Source: Candidatus Bathyarchaeota archaeon (lineage in GTDB: Archaea; Thermoproteota; Bathyarchaeia; Bathyarchaeales; Bathycorpusculaceae). Taken from it: a DNA stretch of 64,000 nucleotides. The stretch is taken from the NCBI GenBank assembly GCA_963767735.1, contig CAVYES010000010.1, forward strand, positions 1-64,000. Reading direction: 5' to 3'. Made by a program: the position numbers and the translations under genes. This document shows positions 40,844 to 51,992 of the stretch, piece after piece; the stretch's first letter is position 1, and each line of letters begins with the position of its first letter. The notes beneath the pieces are model-generated. The model worked only from the letters and a program-made list of their open reading frames with translations. It was not told the origin of the DNA and searched no databases.

Positions 40844-42460
40844 TTGGCTAGCTCCTCCTCGGTGTTTCGGCTGAAACTTGCAGTCAAAGCTAACAAGTGG
40901 CGTCTGCTTTTCCTAGTTTTCGCCGTAGTCTATGCGTATCTGGTTACGTTAAGTCTGGGCTACATGTCAACGCAATGGGATGAGATGCCTCACTTGCTCG
41001 GCGCCCTACTTTTGACCCGCGGGCAAACACAAACGTATTTGACTACGTACGGTTATTACCCTCCGCTTTTAGACCTCTTTACAACTCTATACATACACAT
41101 TTTCGGGGTAACCTCCGTTGCAGGAAGATTAGTTTCGGTAACTTTTTCCCTGCTTGCTCTCTGGATTGTTTTCGAGTTTTGCAAAAAGATCTATGGACCC
41201 AAAAATGCTCTTCTGGCAAGCATTATACTTGGGACAATGCCTGGGTTCTTTTGGCTTTCAAGAATAACCTTGCTGGAAACAATGCTCATATTCTTTTTTA
41301 CATTGGTAATGTTCTTTTTTTACTCTTGGATAACTAAGAACAGCAACAAAGCACTTCTCTTCAGCGCAGTAGCCCTTGGAATAGGTATTCTTGCAGAATA
41401 CGAGATTCTTGTTGCAGTTGTAGCAATGGCCGTTAGCGTTCTGTTCTTTTGCAGAAAAAAATTCAAGATAAGCTTGACAAAACTCGTAATTCTGCTTATC
41501 ATAGTGGTTGTTGTGGCAGCGCCTTGGTTTATAATGGTGTTCCAGGCTGATGGTTCAACAAAATTTCAAACATTAGAGTATGTCCTACAGGGAGGCGACC
41601 AAAACCGTCCGGTATACAGCAACCGATTTTTTTCGCCAGTTTTCTACTTGATTGAAATGTCTTGGCCCTTTAACGGCGTCCCCGTTAATCCCATCTCGCT
41701 GCCCATTTTCATTTTAGGCTTATGCGGGTTAGGATTGTTTGCTTACCGAAGAAAAAAACAAGATGCCTTCTTACTCACATGGTTTGTTGTCGTTTATGTT
41801 TTCTTCACCATCATCCCAAACAGGCAATGGCGCTACGTGACCCCTCTTTTCCCAATTTTAGCTATTTCAGCCGCATGCTTCATCATGTTTCTCTACAGCA
41901 AAATTCAAACGTGGAAGCCCAAGCAGATAGGTCTTGGCGGAGAACGCTACAAAAAGCTTGCAGCGGCACTCTTCATTATTATCGTGGCATCAACGATTCT
42001 CTACAGCAGTTATAACGCGTATGGGATGACCGCTCGAGATCAAACTGACATCCCAATCCAGCAGACAGCAAACTACTTGGCTGCTCACTTGGGGCAAAAC
42101 CAGTCAGCGGTGATTGTCTGCGCCTTCAACCTTTTAGACCAAGACATGTTCCAGTTTTACTTGCCAGCAAACATGTCATCAAACCAGATTTGGCAGTACC
42201 CAGCCTTAGCCGTTGACGCCTACACACCTAACTTTAACATAACCCAATTCGTAAACCTATGCGAACAAAATAACGTCAAATACATAATTCTCTATGATTA
42301 TGGAAGCCAAACAGCATTTTACAACACAACCCTAACCTACTCAAACATCCTCCAACAGATCGCCAATACAGGCAGGTTCGGTGTCCCTACAGATCAGCCT
42401 TTCTTTGGCCAAATGCCACACAGGCTTTTCTTAGTCCGTTTCAATCAAACCCAAACCTGA
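40844..42460 (+). CDS. GT39/ArnT-PMT-like membrane glycosyltransferase
   Basis: WDE motif, YPPL, multiple TM helices, RYVTP. Confidence 0.85.
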   Translation: MASSSSVFRLKLAVKANKWRLLFLVFAVVYAYLVTLSLGYMSTQWDEMPHLLGALLLTRGQTQTYLTTYGYYPPLLDLFTTLYIHIFGVTSVAGRLVSVTFSLLALWIVFEFCKKIYGPKNALLASIILGTMPGFFWLSRITLLETMLIFFFTLVMFFFYSWITKNSNKALLFSAVALGIGILAEYEILVAVVAMAVSVLFFCRKKFKISLTKLVILLIIVVVVAAPWFIMVFQADGSTKFQTLEYVLQGGDQNRPVYSNRFFSPVFYLIEMSWPFNGVPVNPISLPIFILGLCGLGLFAYRRKKQDAFLLTWFVVVYVFFTIIPNRQWRYVTPLFPILAISAACFIMFLYSKIQTWKPKQIGLGGERYKKLAAALFIIIVASTILYSSYNAYGMTARDQTDIPIQQTANYLAAHLGQNQSAVIVCAFNLLDQDMFQFYLPANMSSNQIWQYPALAVDAYTPNFNITQFVNLCEQNNVKYIILYDYGSQTAFYNTTLTYSNILQQIANTGRFGVPTDQPFFGQMPHRLFLVRFNQTQT

Positions 42461-42462
42461 CA

Positions 42463-42909
42463 CTAACCGATTTCTAAAAATTCAAAACCCGTATCCTTGT
42501 CTTTAGCTCTTTTAGCTGCTGAAGCAGACAGCTCCAAAATAACGACCTCGCCTATTTGCCATACATCAACGCCCATGCGCACGCAGCCCGTAACCGCCGT
42601 GTCATTTCTTCCAAAGCTTGCATGCATATGCAGTTTCGGTTTACCCTGCTCATCAGTGAAGATTGTTCCTACACCGCATCCTTCGTGCACGCCCTTCAAA
42701 AGCGTCACCATCGGTTCAGGCGGAAGCACTGCGCCATCTTTTGGTCCCACGACAACTTTGCTTTTGTCTTCTGCGCCACCTAAAAAGAAGCACAAAGCAC
42801 TCGAAACCTGCTTTTCGGCAGCAAATTTTTCTATAACTTCATGTAAACGCTCGCCTTGGTGGAGTCTAAGTATGAAGATTCTTCCAAGTTCAGCTTCAGT
42901 GTAGTTCAA
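42463..42909 (-). CDS. PPC/DUF296 domain protein
   Basis: RIFILRL..GE and LHMHASFG motifs. Confidence 0.88.
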   Translation of the reverse strand: MNYTEAELGRIFILRLHQGERLHEVIEKFAAEKQVSSALCFFLGGAEDKSKVVVGPKDGAVLPPEPMVTLLKGVHEGCGVGTIFTDEQGKPKLHMHASFGRNDTAVTGCVRMGVDVWQIGEVVILELSASAAKRAKDKDTGFEFLEIG

Positions 42910-43307
42910 GGTTTTGCCCCTTTTTCATCAAAACTGATGGGTAGTCGAATATAAAAGATTTCAACTTTGGCAAAAGTGCACGGGTATTGGAGAAGAAGCC
43001 TTTTGGTGATTATACCCTGTTTAAGTAGAGAATCTGTTTTGCATCTTCTTTTCGTTTTTGCATAGGCACATTTGATGAGCTGCCATCCTTGGTCATAACC
43101 GCGCTTTCGACGGTTATCTGGCAGTTTGACAAGTTCCCGGTGCCATTTTTCTGAGTCATATTTTTCAACCTCTTGAAGAGTCCCGTCATGTATTAGATTA
43201 AACTTATAAATGTTATCCCGATTTAAAAGAGACTTTATGAATCAATAAATTTATTGTTAATAAGGATTATGACTATGGATTGATTACGTTTTAAACAGAT
43301 TTGTCAG

Positions 43308-43904
43308 TCAGCGTTTGAAACGGTCGTTTCGCCACACGTCTGCGCTGTCACTGTACCCTCTTCGTTCCCAGAAGCCTAACTCTTTGCCGCGAGTAAGCCG
43401 CAAATGGACCACCCACAATGCACTCTTGTACGCGTACTTATTGGGCACTACGAGGCGCATTGGAAAACCGTACCCTTCCTCCAACACTTTATCGTTCAGT
43501 TTGTAAGCTAAAAGCACATCATCGCCTTTGAGTTCTTCTCGGAAAAGCGAAGTAGTATAGGAGTCAGCGCATTCAAAAGTTACCGCTTTAGCGACATCTT
43601 TTGGCTTAACAAGCTTCTCGATTTCTCGCATATGAACGCCTTCCCACTTGCAATCCAGCACGCTCCAGCTTTCAACGCAGTGGAAATCGCTGATTGAGAT
43701 GGTTTTGGGTAACTTCATGAAGTCATTCCAGCTTAGCTTCACTGGATTTTCCACTTCACCATCGATTGCGAGCGTGTAGGTTTCAAGTTTAAGCTCAGGG
43801 TTAGCTGAGGTTATGCCAGGATGGTCACTGCCCCAACGCAAAATGTGGTCAGTGGCAGTTTGGTCAGGCGGCAACTTTCTTTTCTTTCGCTCTTCCCAAG
43901 ACAA
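43308..43904 (-). CDS. Molybdopterin-dependent oxidoreductase (sulfite oxidase/YedY-like)
   Basis: DFHCVESWS, GFPMRLVVP..YAYKSA and GFWERRGY. Confidence 0.9.
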   Translation of the reverse strand: MSWEERKKRKLPPDQTATDHILRWGSDHPGITSANPELKLETYTLAIDGEVENPVKLSWNDFMKLPKTISISDFHCVESWSVLDCKWEGVHMREIEKLVKPKDVAKAVTFECADSYTTSLFREELKGDDVLLAYKLNDKVLEEGYGFPMRLVVPNKYAYKSALWVVHLRLTRGKELGFWERRGYSDSADVWRNDRFKR

Positions 43905-43956
43905 AAATTTAACCCCACTTAAAATGGGTTTGCGAGAAGAAAAAGCTTGCTTAGAT

Positions 43957-45060
43957 TTAACTTGTTTGGAAAAAGCTTGTCAACTGCTTTTGCTGCGGCT
44001 CTTCCCTGCTGAAGCCTGAGACTTTCACTCCGACTCTTCGAACCTCAAGCTGAGTTTCACTTAGGAACTTCCCGAATAACTCTTTTACATTTTCTCTGAT
44101 TGTTTCTGCGTCTTTGGCTGGCTGCTCAAGCGTCACTGACCTGCTTTTGCAGCTTAAATCCGTCAAAACCACATAAATTGCAACTTGCTTAAAACTCAAG
44201 TTCTTCTCCGCAACCTCTTTTGAAACATCCTTGGTCAGTTCGTCTGTTTTCTGCAAAATAAACTCTAAATCACGCGAATCCTGCTTCAAAGTGCCGATTC
44301 GGCTCACTGATTCAGCCTCACCTTGCTCTTGAACAGCTTCATTATCAATTGCGTTAGCGGCATTATGGAAGTAGAGTCCTAAGATTTTGCCCCAAATAGC
44401 TATGAGTTTTTGCACATCATAATTGGCTAAGTCACTGACTGTTTTGATGCCCAGCGAATCCATTTTTGCCGCCGTCTTCTTTCCCACTCCTAAGAGCCGA
44501 TTCACAGGCAACGGCCCAAGAAAACTCTTCGCCTCGTCTGGGAGCACAATTGTTAAGCCGTCGGGTTTTTGGTTGTCACAGGCAATCTTAGCCACAAGCT
44601 TGTTAGGACCAACGCCAACTGTAAAAGAAATGCCCACTTGACCTTTAACTTCCGTTTTTATTTTCTGAGCGTAATCCTTTGCCTTCCCGAAGCTGCCTTG
44701 GACTTGCTCTGTAACGTCCAAATAGGCTTCGTCAACGCTGACTTGCTCAAGACTGGTTGCGTAGCCGCGGAGAATCTGCATTATTCTGTTGCTTATTTGA
44801 TCGTAGTATTCGTGGTCAACTGGCAGAAAAACCGCGTCTGTGCCCTCAAGCTTCCGCTTCGCAAGGAAGAGGGGCATACCGGATTTGACGCTGTATTTTC
44901 GGGCAATGTAGTTGCTTGTGCTCACTGCGCCGCTTTCCTCTGTGCGCCCCGAATAAACACCTACGACAACGGGCTTGTCTTTGATGGTTGGGTTGCGGAG
45001 CTCCTCGCATTGGGCAAAGAAATAGTCAAAATCAACCAGCATAATAACGCGGTTTTGCAT
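43957..45060 (-). CDS. dinB: Y-family DNA polymerase IV
   Basis: VDFDYFFAQ, SNYIARKY, SVDEAY, NKLVAK and RRVGV. Probable start is the ATG at 45060. Confidence 0.95.
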   Translation of the reverse strand: MQNRVIMLVDFDYFFAQCEELRNPTIKDKPVVVGVYSGRTEESGAVSTSNYIARKYSVKSGMPLFLAKRKLEGTDAVFLPVDHEYYDQISNRIMQILRGYATSLEQVSVDEAYLDVTEQVQGSFGKAKDYAQKIKTEVKGQVGISFTVGVGPNKLVAKIACDNQKPDGLTIVLPDEAKSFLGPLPVNRLLGVGKKTAAKMDSLGIKTVSDLANYDVQKLIAIWGKILGLYFHNAANAIDNEAVQEQGEAESVSRIGTLKQDSRDLEFILQKTDELTKDVSKEVAEKNLSFKQVAIYVVLTDLSCKSRSVTLEQPAKDAETIRENVKELFGKFLSETQLEVRRVGVKVSGFSREEPQQKQLTSFFQTS

Positions 45061-45064
45061 CAAG

Positions 45065-45938
45065 TCACTTTCCCTTATCCGGCATAAGCCAAGACCCATC
45101 GCACGATGCCGTGTTCAACGCGGGTAAGCCTTCTCGGCAAACACCAAACTTCATATTATTCGCAACCGCCAAGTCACGAACGCCTTTTAGAAGCTTGAAC
45201 CTGAATTCTTTTGGCAAAAGTGCGCTGCCGCCGATTTTTTCGCCCTGCTGAAAATAAAGCGGTTTCAAATTCACGGCTACTTTCGGCATGGCTTGGGTGA
45301 GTCGCATCCAATTATCAGGTTTAGCCTTATAAGTTGAGCATGTTAAATGTTTAACGCCTATGCTTGCCTAGGGCGGCGACGAGTTTTTGCGGTTGGTCGT
45401 TCACGGAGGGTATGATTGGGTCTATTCGCACTGAGACGGGTATGCCCGATTTGATTAAGTCTTGCACCGCTCTAAGTCGTTGAGATGGCAAGGGTGCGTG
45501 TGGCTCGATGAGTTTTGCTATGTTATCATCATCTGTGGTTATGGTTAACGCTACAGTTGACGGAACCTTGCTTAACAAGTCATCGTCCCTTACCACTATG
45601 TTGCTTTTGGTGATGATTTGTATTTTGCAGTTGCTTTCCGCGAGAATTTCAAGGCATCGCCTTGTCAAACCAGCGGACACTTCGGCACGCGGGTACGGGT
45701 CGGATGAGTTAGCTATTGAAATGGTTTCGCCGTTGAGTTTTGCGGCTTCCCGCTTAAAAGTTACAAGCAGGTCTTTTTTGGGTCTGCAATCGCTGAAGCT
45801 TGGGATGTAACTGGAAGCGTAGCAGTAAATGCATTGGTGGTCGCATCCAGTATAAGGGTTAAACGTAAGCTTCGGCGGGCAAGTGCACAGCCCAGAGCGC
45901 CATGGGTCAAACCTTGAAATTAACGGCACACATTTCAC
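45065..45938 (-). CDS. SPL-like radical SAM protein, frameshift near 45365
   Basis: NPYTGCDHQCIYCY, SSDPYP, ITKS and RIDPIIP. Confidence 0.85.
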
Positions 45939-46001
45939 TTACGGCTATTTATGCGGGTTAGATAGACAAAAAGTATTCGCATCAAAAAGGAATTTACAGG
46001 A

Positions 46002-46253
46002 TTAAAATGGCAAGTCAGTATCAAGGCATCTCATTGGATATTCACTCTTGAATTAAATGCCATCCTTTAGAGAGTTCAATGCGAATCGCTTCCTCTTCTT
46101 TGTCTGTCATCTTCCAAGTTCCAATCAATCAGCTATTTTGCCTGATTTCTTTGTTAGGCGCAGAATAGTGTCTGTAAAGCCTTCTTTGTTTGCTTTCTCA
46201 CTAAGCAAGGCCTTATACGCCTCTTCCGTTATTGAAATAGTCTTAGTGGTCAT
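46002..46253 (-). pseudogene. Decayed VapBC-like toxin-antitoxin pair
   Basis: MTTKTISITEEAYKAL...FTDTILRL antitoxin-like ORF, frameshifted before GTWKMTD, followed by a 10-codon PIN-like stub MRCLDTDLPF*. Confidence 0.7.
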
Positions 46254-46391
46254 ATCTGTGTATGTGTACACGTGCATGGATAAAGATTGTTAACGCAATT
46301 ATCTCGCAGGAAAGCTAAGCTTTCAAAATACAGCTTTCTAATCTCAAATATGCACTTCGAAAGAAAAGCAGGCTTGTTTTTGATTTTTTGT

Positions 46392-47288
46392 TTAGGGTAT
46401 AACGCCCATTCTTGAGAGTTCTTCTTTGAGGCTGTCTCTAATATTCTTCAAGCTCTGTCTCTTTTGAACGTAGTCGTCCCCGTTTATTTTGTCCGACTTG
46501 AAATCCCTGTCTAAACTTTCCAGCTCCAGGTTTATCTCGCCGACTCTCGCCTTTAACTGTTCGACGTAGGAGACGGCTTTCTCTCTAACTATGACCTCTG
46601 AAGGAGCTAAAGAGGTTTTTATCAAGCCATCTTCAATGCGCAGTATTCGGTTCGATGCCCTCGCAACGCTTGGGTCATGAGTAACCATAAGTATGGTTTT
46701 GCCCAATTCACGGTTCACCTTAACAAGATACTCCACTACAATCCTTGCGTTTTGGGTATCTAGCTCTCCAGTGGGTTCATCTGCCAACAAAATAGGCGCA
46801 TTATTTGCCAACGCCGCCGCTATGGCTATTCTTTGTTGTTCGCCGCCGCTTAACTCTTCAGGTTTATGGTCCGCTCGGTCTAGCAAGCCAACGGTTCCAA
46901 GCAATTCCGCCACGCGCTGCTTTCTCTTAGCCCGCGGAGCTCCAGATGCAACCATTGAAAACTCGACGTTTTCCTGCGCCGTCAGGGTTGGGATTAAGTT
47001 TAGGTTTTGGAAGATATGGCCGACTATTTTTCTTCTGTAGTCAACAAGTTGAGTGACTGAAAGGGCTGTCACTGTTTTGTCTCCTACTTGAACCGTGCCA
47101 GCTGTGGCTTTGTCTAAGCCGCCGATAATGTTTAGCAGGGTTGTTTTTCCGCTTCCGCTTGGGCCAATGATGGAAACCAGTTCGCCCGACGTTATGTCTA
47201 GGTTTAGTCCACGTAGTGCTTGGACTTCAATTTTGCCTGTGTGATGCACTTTAACAAGGTCTCGTATTTTGATGTCTAATCCAGTCAT
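46392..47288 (-). CDS. ABC transporter ATP-binding protein (LolD/MacB-like)
   Basis: GPSGSGKT, LSGGEQQR, ADEPTG and VTHD. Confidence 0.95.
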   Translation of the reverse strand: MTGLDIKIRDLVKVHHTGKIEVQALRGLNLDITSGELVSIIGPSGSGKTTLLNIIGGLDKATAGTVQVGDKTVTALSVTQLVDYRRKIVGHIFQNLNLIPTLTAQENVEFSMVASGAPRAKRKQRVAELLGTVGLLDRADHKPEELSGGEQQRIAIAAALANNAPILLADEPTGELDTQNARIVVEYLVKVNRELGKTILMVTHDPSVARASNRILRIEDGLIKTSLAPSEVIVREKAVSYVEQLKARVGEINLELESLDRDFKSDKINGDDYVQKRQSLKNIRDSLKEELSRMGVIP

Positions 47289-50134
47289 TTCGCTCTAACC
47301 ATCCTCTCAAGTTTAGTTACGTACCGTCTCGCCATTACTAGTACAGCGCCAATTGTGGCGGCATATATCAAACCTACATACCACGCTATGGTTTCTATAG
47401 CACTCTGGGTATAAACAAAATGCGGAAGAACAAGCTGCAGTACCCCAATGTTGGCTGAGTTTATAGTGCCGTAATCAATTATCAATCCGACACCTAGTCC
47501 AAGTAAAACAGCGAAGGTTATCACAGCTAAGTTTTCCGCAAGAAACATCCATACCAACTGCCCATATGACAGGCCTCTAACACTCATCAATGTGGCTTCA
47601 CGGCTTCTTTCACTTAAGCTGACAACAGCTATTAGCACCATTCCAACTGAGGCAGAAAGCACCGCGAAAGCAATGCCTAAACTTTGGAAATTAAGAACCT
47701 GCAACGTGTAAAAGGTACTCTGGTCATTTAAGTTCTGGCTTTGCTGCCATTGCTCAGCAAACGATGTTACCCCGTAAATTTCAAGGTTTAAACCACCGAT
47801 TTCTTGGGCAACTGCTGTTCCGTTAACGCCTGGATCTAACTTTAGCAGTATGGTTGTGTCAAAGTTCTCATCTTTGAAAGCATCACTGGAGGGGCTACTC
47901 ATGTTGAAGAGGTTTCTTGGCACATATGACCAGGTGGTCAAAGTGGTCGGGTATATTTGATATATTCCTGGGCCGGGTTCGCCTATGATTTGTCCTCCGC
48001 CTGATACGGTTTGAATTTCATTAGTTGGTATTTTTGGACCGAATAAGCCCACAATCGTAAGGGTTCTGGCGCCCGACGCGAAGTCAATTGCTATTGTATC
48101 GCCTACTGTAAGGTTGTATTCTTCAGCGACTCTTTGTTCAAGAATAATCGTCATGTTGTTGTTTTCCATTGCAGTGAAGGCCTGTTTCATGCTGGCGCCT
48201 GTGAACCAGTCGTTCTCGTAGTACGCTGTTTTAAGCCAGGAGGTCGGGTCAATTGTTCTGATTACAGTGTCCGCGTAAGACTGCGTCAGCTGGCACTGCA
48301 TAGTAGAACTTTGAATGCCTGAAACGTTCCCTAAAATATCCGCCAGTACTATAGAAGCTTGAGTGGCATTAACAACACCGATAGATATGTCTGCGCCGAC
48401 ACTGGATTTAACCTGTCTAACTAAATAATCCTGTTGGCTTGCAATTTGTCCGTTCACTTGAACTCCGTAGCCGATGATGAATGCAATGAGAAAAGCGATG
48501 GCGGCGATGCGTGCTGGGTTTCTCCTGACGTTTTTTGCTGCTAAAGAGCCGAAGTCACCCATAACTCTTGAAAGTTTAGTGATTGCTTGCTGAAATTTAA
48601 GAGAGTTTTGGATCAGCAGTTTTGTTACTCCCCAGAAGAACAGCACTGGTCCAACGTAGGTGAGCACTTCGTTTAAAAGAAATACTGGTCCATACAAAAT
48701 TGAGACAAAATATCCACCTGAGTTTTGATTCGCGACCAACGCAGGCACATTTATTCCAAAGAATATAACTATGATTTGGTAGGTGCCAAGTATAGCTGCT
48801 ACCCACGGCAGCCTTTTGCGGTATGGTTGGTCTGCATCCATCGGCATGTAGTCTCTTAATGCTTCTACCGTCGGCAGTTTTGAAGCCTTCCGCGCAGAGA
48901 AAAAGACGGATAGCAAAGCAAGAATCACAGCGAAAACAACAGTGAAAACCATAGTGTAAGGACTAAAGGTTTGCGGATTAAACAAAGTTTTCAGATTAAA
49001 GCCGCCGGTAAATACCTGATTTAAGGCTAAACCGCCAACTACTCCAGCTAATCCGCCAAAGATACCAATTGTTAAGGATTCTCCAAGGAACATTCTTTGT
49101 ATTTGTCCGCTTGAGAGGCCTTTTGTTGATAGTAAACCGATCTCGCGTCTTCTCATGTTAAAGGAGACATCGGATAAGGTGGAACCAAGATACCATGATA
49201 CGAAGAAAATAGGAATTGAAAACAGAATAAATTGAGTTAAAGTTCCTTGGAAGTTCGAATTAAAGTCTGATAATTCAAAGTCAAGGTTATTTGCAACATA
49301 GCTGTCTGTTTGGTAGTTAGAGAGAAGTTTATTTTGTATATCGCTTGCCACAGTGTTGACGTTTGAAATTGAGGCTGGAATATTCCATGGACTTACAAGT
49401 TTATTTGTGTCAACAGTTATCAGAAAAGTTGTGTCGACCGTTCTATTTGCCATACCCGCCCAGTATTGACTAAGCGTGCTGTTCCAACCTATTATGAGCA
49501 AATCGGATGGGTACTGGTAAATTTGACTTGAGCTTGTAGGCGAGTTTGGGGAAGTTAAGAAGCTGTTGCCCGAAATGAGTTGGTAGCCAGTGTTAGTAAG
49601 GGATGCAAAACCAGCCACTGTTAAATTCATATAAATGGTGGTCCAGTTATCCTGTTTTGGGGTGGGAAACATCATTTCTGTTGTAATGTTATCTCCAACT
49701 TTAACCTGTGCGGCAAGGGTCGTTCCTGCAAGCACATAGGTTTGGTTTTCGCCGATATAAGCTGGCTTGTTTGTCCAGTCATCGTAAAGCGACGACGATT
49801 CAGGGAAACAAGCTATCTCTGGAAAGGCAGTGTAGTTATTTGTTAAGTCTTTAGCTGGTTCATCAAATCTATAGAGGACGTCCACGTTTTTAACGCCGTT
49901 AATGCTTAAAATGTTATTTTGTGTCTGGTTAACTTCAGTTAAATTTAGGTTTATGTTAAACTGCAAGTCAGGGTTAATATTTTTGAGCTGCTGGGTAAGC
50001 GACTGTTGAGCAGCCAAATTGGCTTTGACGTCTATGCATGCAAAGAATGTGGCGGCTAATGCTATGCCGATTAAGAGTGCAGTGAAGAGTTTCCAGTTGC
50101 GGAAAACCCGTTTAATCGGATACATGAACGGCAT
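47285..50134 (-). CDS. FtsX-like ABC permease (two permease repeats)
   Basis: RRREIGLL..KG and RSREATLMSVRG motifs; large extracellular loops. Confidence 0.9.
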   Translation of the reverse strand: MPFMYPIKRVFRNWKLFTALLIGIALAATFFACIDVKANLAAQQSLTQQLKNINPDLQFNINLNLTEVNQTQNNILSINGVKNVDVLYRFDEPAKDLTNNYTAFPEIACFPESSSLYDDWTNKPAYIGENQTYVLAGTTLAAQVKVGDNITTEMMFPTPKQDNWTTIYMNLTVAGFASLTNTGYQLISGNSFLTSPNSPTSSSQIYQYPSDLLIIGWNSTLSQYWAGMANRTVDTTFLITVDTNKLVSPWNIPASISNVNTVASDIQNKLLSNYQTDSYVANNLDFELSDFNSNFQGTLTQFILFSIPIFFVSWYLGSTLSDVSFNMRRREIGLLSTKGLSSGQIQRMFLGESLTIGIFGGLAGVVGGLALNQVFTGGFNLKTLFNPQTFSPYTMVFTVVFAVILALLSVFFSARKASKLPTVEALRDYMPMDADQPYRKRLPWVAAILGTYQIIVIFFGINVPALVANQNSGGYFVSILYGPVFLLNEVLTYVGPVLFFWGVTKLLIQNSLKFQQAITKLSRVMGDFGSLAAKNVRRNPARIAAIAFLIAFIIGYGVQVNGQIASQQDYLVRQVKSSVGADISIGVVNATQASIVLADILGNVSGIQSSTMQCQLTQSYADTVIRTIDPTSWLKTAYYENDWFTGASMKQAFTAMENNNMTIILEQRVAEEYNLTVGDTIAIDFASGARTLTIVGLFGPKIPTNEIQTVSGGGQIIGEPGPGIYQIYPTTLTTWSYVPRNLFNMSSPSSDAFKDENFDTTILLKLDPGVNGTAVAQEIGGLNLEIYGVTSFAEQWQQSQNLNDQSTFYTLQVLNFQSLGIAFAVLSASVGMVLIAVVSLSERSREATLMSVRGLSYGQLVWMFLAENLAVITFAVLLGLGVGLIIDYGTINSANIGVLQLVLPHFVYTQSAIETIAWYVGLIYAATIGAVLVMARRYVTKLERMVRAK

Positions 50135-50282
50135 AGGTATCGATTCAACTTTGTTTTGAACTATTATTAAATCTACTCATTAGAACACATAACATGCTAT
50201 GCCTTAATAGCTTGAAATAGGGGCCTTCAAAGAAAATCGGTGCTAAAAAGAATTAAATTATAGTCCCCTTCTGTATTAATGC

Positions 50283-51671
50283 ATGAATTCTTCTATAGGC
50301 TTCTTGAAAGAGGAAAACATGAGTCTATTCACCGATTTTTACGAGTTAACCATGTGCGCAAGCTACTTTGATAACAAAAACTTTGAGCCTGCCACTTTCG
50401 ACCTTTTCATTAGGCGTTTGCCCGAAAATCGCTCCTACTTCTTATTCACAGGATTAGAACAAGCCCTGCAGTACCTGCAAAGAATCAAATTCACCGAAGA
50501 GCATCTTGCTTACCTAAAAAAACAGGGGTTTAAAGAGGATTTTCTTGATTATTTTCGCGGTTTCAAGTTTACAGGTGATGTTTGGGCTGTTCCAGAGGGT
50601 ACTGTAGCTTTTCCAAATGAACCCTTAATTCGCGTTACAGCCCCGATAATTGAGGCTCAGCTAGTTGAGACTTTTCTGCTTAACAGCGTCAACCTGCAAA
50701 CCATGATTGCAACAAAAGCGTCTCGGGTAGTTCACGCTGCCAAGGGGAAATCGGTTATTGAGTTTGGCTTGCGTAGAGAACCCGGGATAGACGCTGGAAT
50801 GAAGGTGGCACGAAGCAGCTACATAGCTGGTTGCCAAGGCACCAGTAACGTTTTAGCAGGACAAGCCTATGGCATTCCGGTTTTCGGAACCATGGCGCAC
50901 TCGTTTATCATGTCTTACCCTAAAGAGATTGATGCGTTTCGAGCTTTCGCCAAAACTTTCCCAAACAAGTCCACGCTTCTCATTGACACTTACAATGAGA
51001 TTTCAGGCGCTGAAAAAGCCGCTGTTGTTGCTAAAGAGCTTGAGGCTAAGGGTTTTAGGCTTGGTGGTGTCCGCTTGGACAGTGGCGATTTGGCGCAAAC
51101 CAGCAAAAAAGTAAGAAAAATCCTTGACGGCCAAGGCTTGGATTATGTGAAGATTTTTGCCAGCGGTGACTTGGATGAATTCAAGATAGAAGAGCTACTG
51201 GGCAAAGGCGCTAAAATAGACTCGTTTGGCGTCGGAACTAAAATGGGCACCTCAGCGGATAGGCCGTATTTGGATGTGATTTACAAACTCTGCGAAACCA
51301 TGATGGCTGACGGCAGCTTCTCGCCTATAATGAAGTTAAGCAAAGACAAAATCACTTTGCCAGGTCGCAAACAAGTTTACCGCTTCAGAGACGCTGTAGG
51401 GAATTTTGAAAAAGACATCATTGCCTTGTCTGATGAGAAGGTGCAGGGCGAGCCATTGCTTGTTAAAGTTATGGAGAAGGGCAAATTAATCTACAAGCTT
51501 CCTCCGCTAAGTATCATCAGGGCAACCGCCGAAGAAAATCTGGCTAAACTTCCAGAGGAGTATAAAGCGTTGACGGGCGCGCCCGTTTATCCAGTTGAGT
51601 TAAGCAGAAACTTGCTGAACCTGGTTAAAACCTTAAAGCGCCAGTTAACCTTGACCGAGATTAACCATTAA
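50283..51671 (+). CDS. pncB: Nicotinate phosphoribosyltransferase
   Basis: TDFYELTM, EFGLRR, GTMAHS, LIDTY and RLDSGD. Confidence 0.95.
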   Translation: MNSSIGFLKEENMSLFTDFYELTMCASYFDNKNFEPATFDLFIRRLPENRSYFLFTGLEQALQYLQRIKFTEEHLAYLKKQGFKEDFLDYFRGFKFTGDVWAVPEGTVAFPNEPLIRVTAPIIEAQLVETFLLNSVNLQTMIATKASRVVHAAKGKSVIEFGLRREPGIDAGMKVARSSYIAGCQGTSNVLAGQAYGIPVFGTMAHSFIMSYPKEIDAFRAFAKTFPNKSTLLIDTYNEISGAEKAAVVAKELEAKGFRLGGVRLDSGDLAQTSKKVRKILDGQGLDYVKIFASGDLDEFKIEELLGKGAKIDSFGVGTKMGTSADRPYLDVIYKLCETMMADGSFSPIMKLSKDKITLPGRKQVYRFRDAVGNFEKDIIALSDEKVQGEPLLVKVMEKGKLIYKLPPLSIIRATAEENLAKLPEEYKALTGAPVYPVELSRNLLNLVKTLKRQLTLTEINH

Positions 51672-51992
51672 GTTTCTGAGCGCAGGATTAAGCTTTCTTA
51701 TTCTTCTTTTTGGTTCTCTTGTTATGTTCGCCGCAGTAACTGTTTCCGCCATGTCAGCATTGCGGTGTAACTTTATCGTATTCCTTCAAGTACTCGCACT
51801 TGTAAAAAACAGCGTTAATTCTGTCTTTGAGGTCTTTATATTGTGCTTTTGCTCTCTCGAAATAAACGCCTCATGCCATTATGAATTCAATGTGTATATT
51901 AGGTTAATCCTTTATTTCGTGTAGAATATGGCAAACCTTAATAGTCGTTTCAGAAAAGGATAATTGCTATTCAAAAAAGGAAGAACATAAAT

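Noticed and set aside
43010-43159. 49-aa minus-strand ORF MTQKNGTGNL...
   Set aside because: No motif or coupling evidence, so it cannot be supported.
51700-51924. 66-aa plus-strand ORF and a Cys-containing minus-strand fragment between pncB and the thiolase
   Set aside because: No recognisable family, and the minus-strand frame is interrupted by stops.
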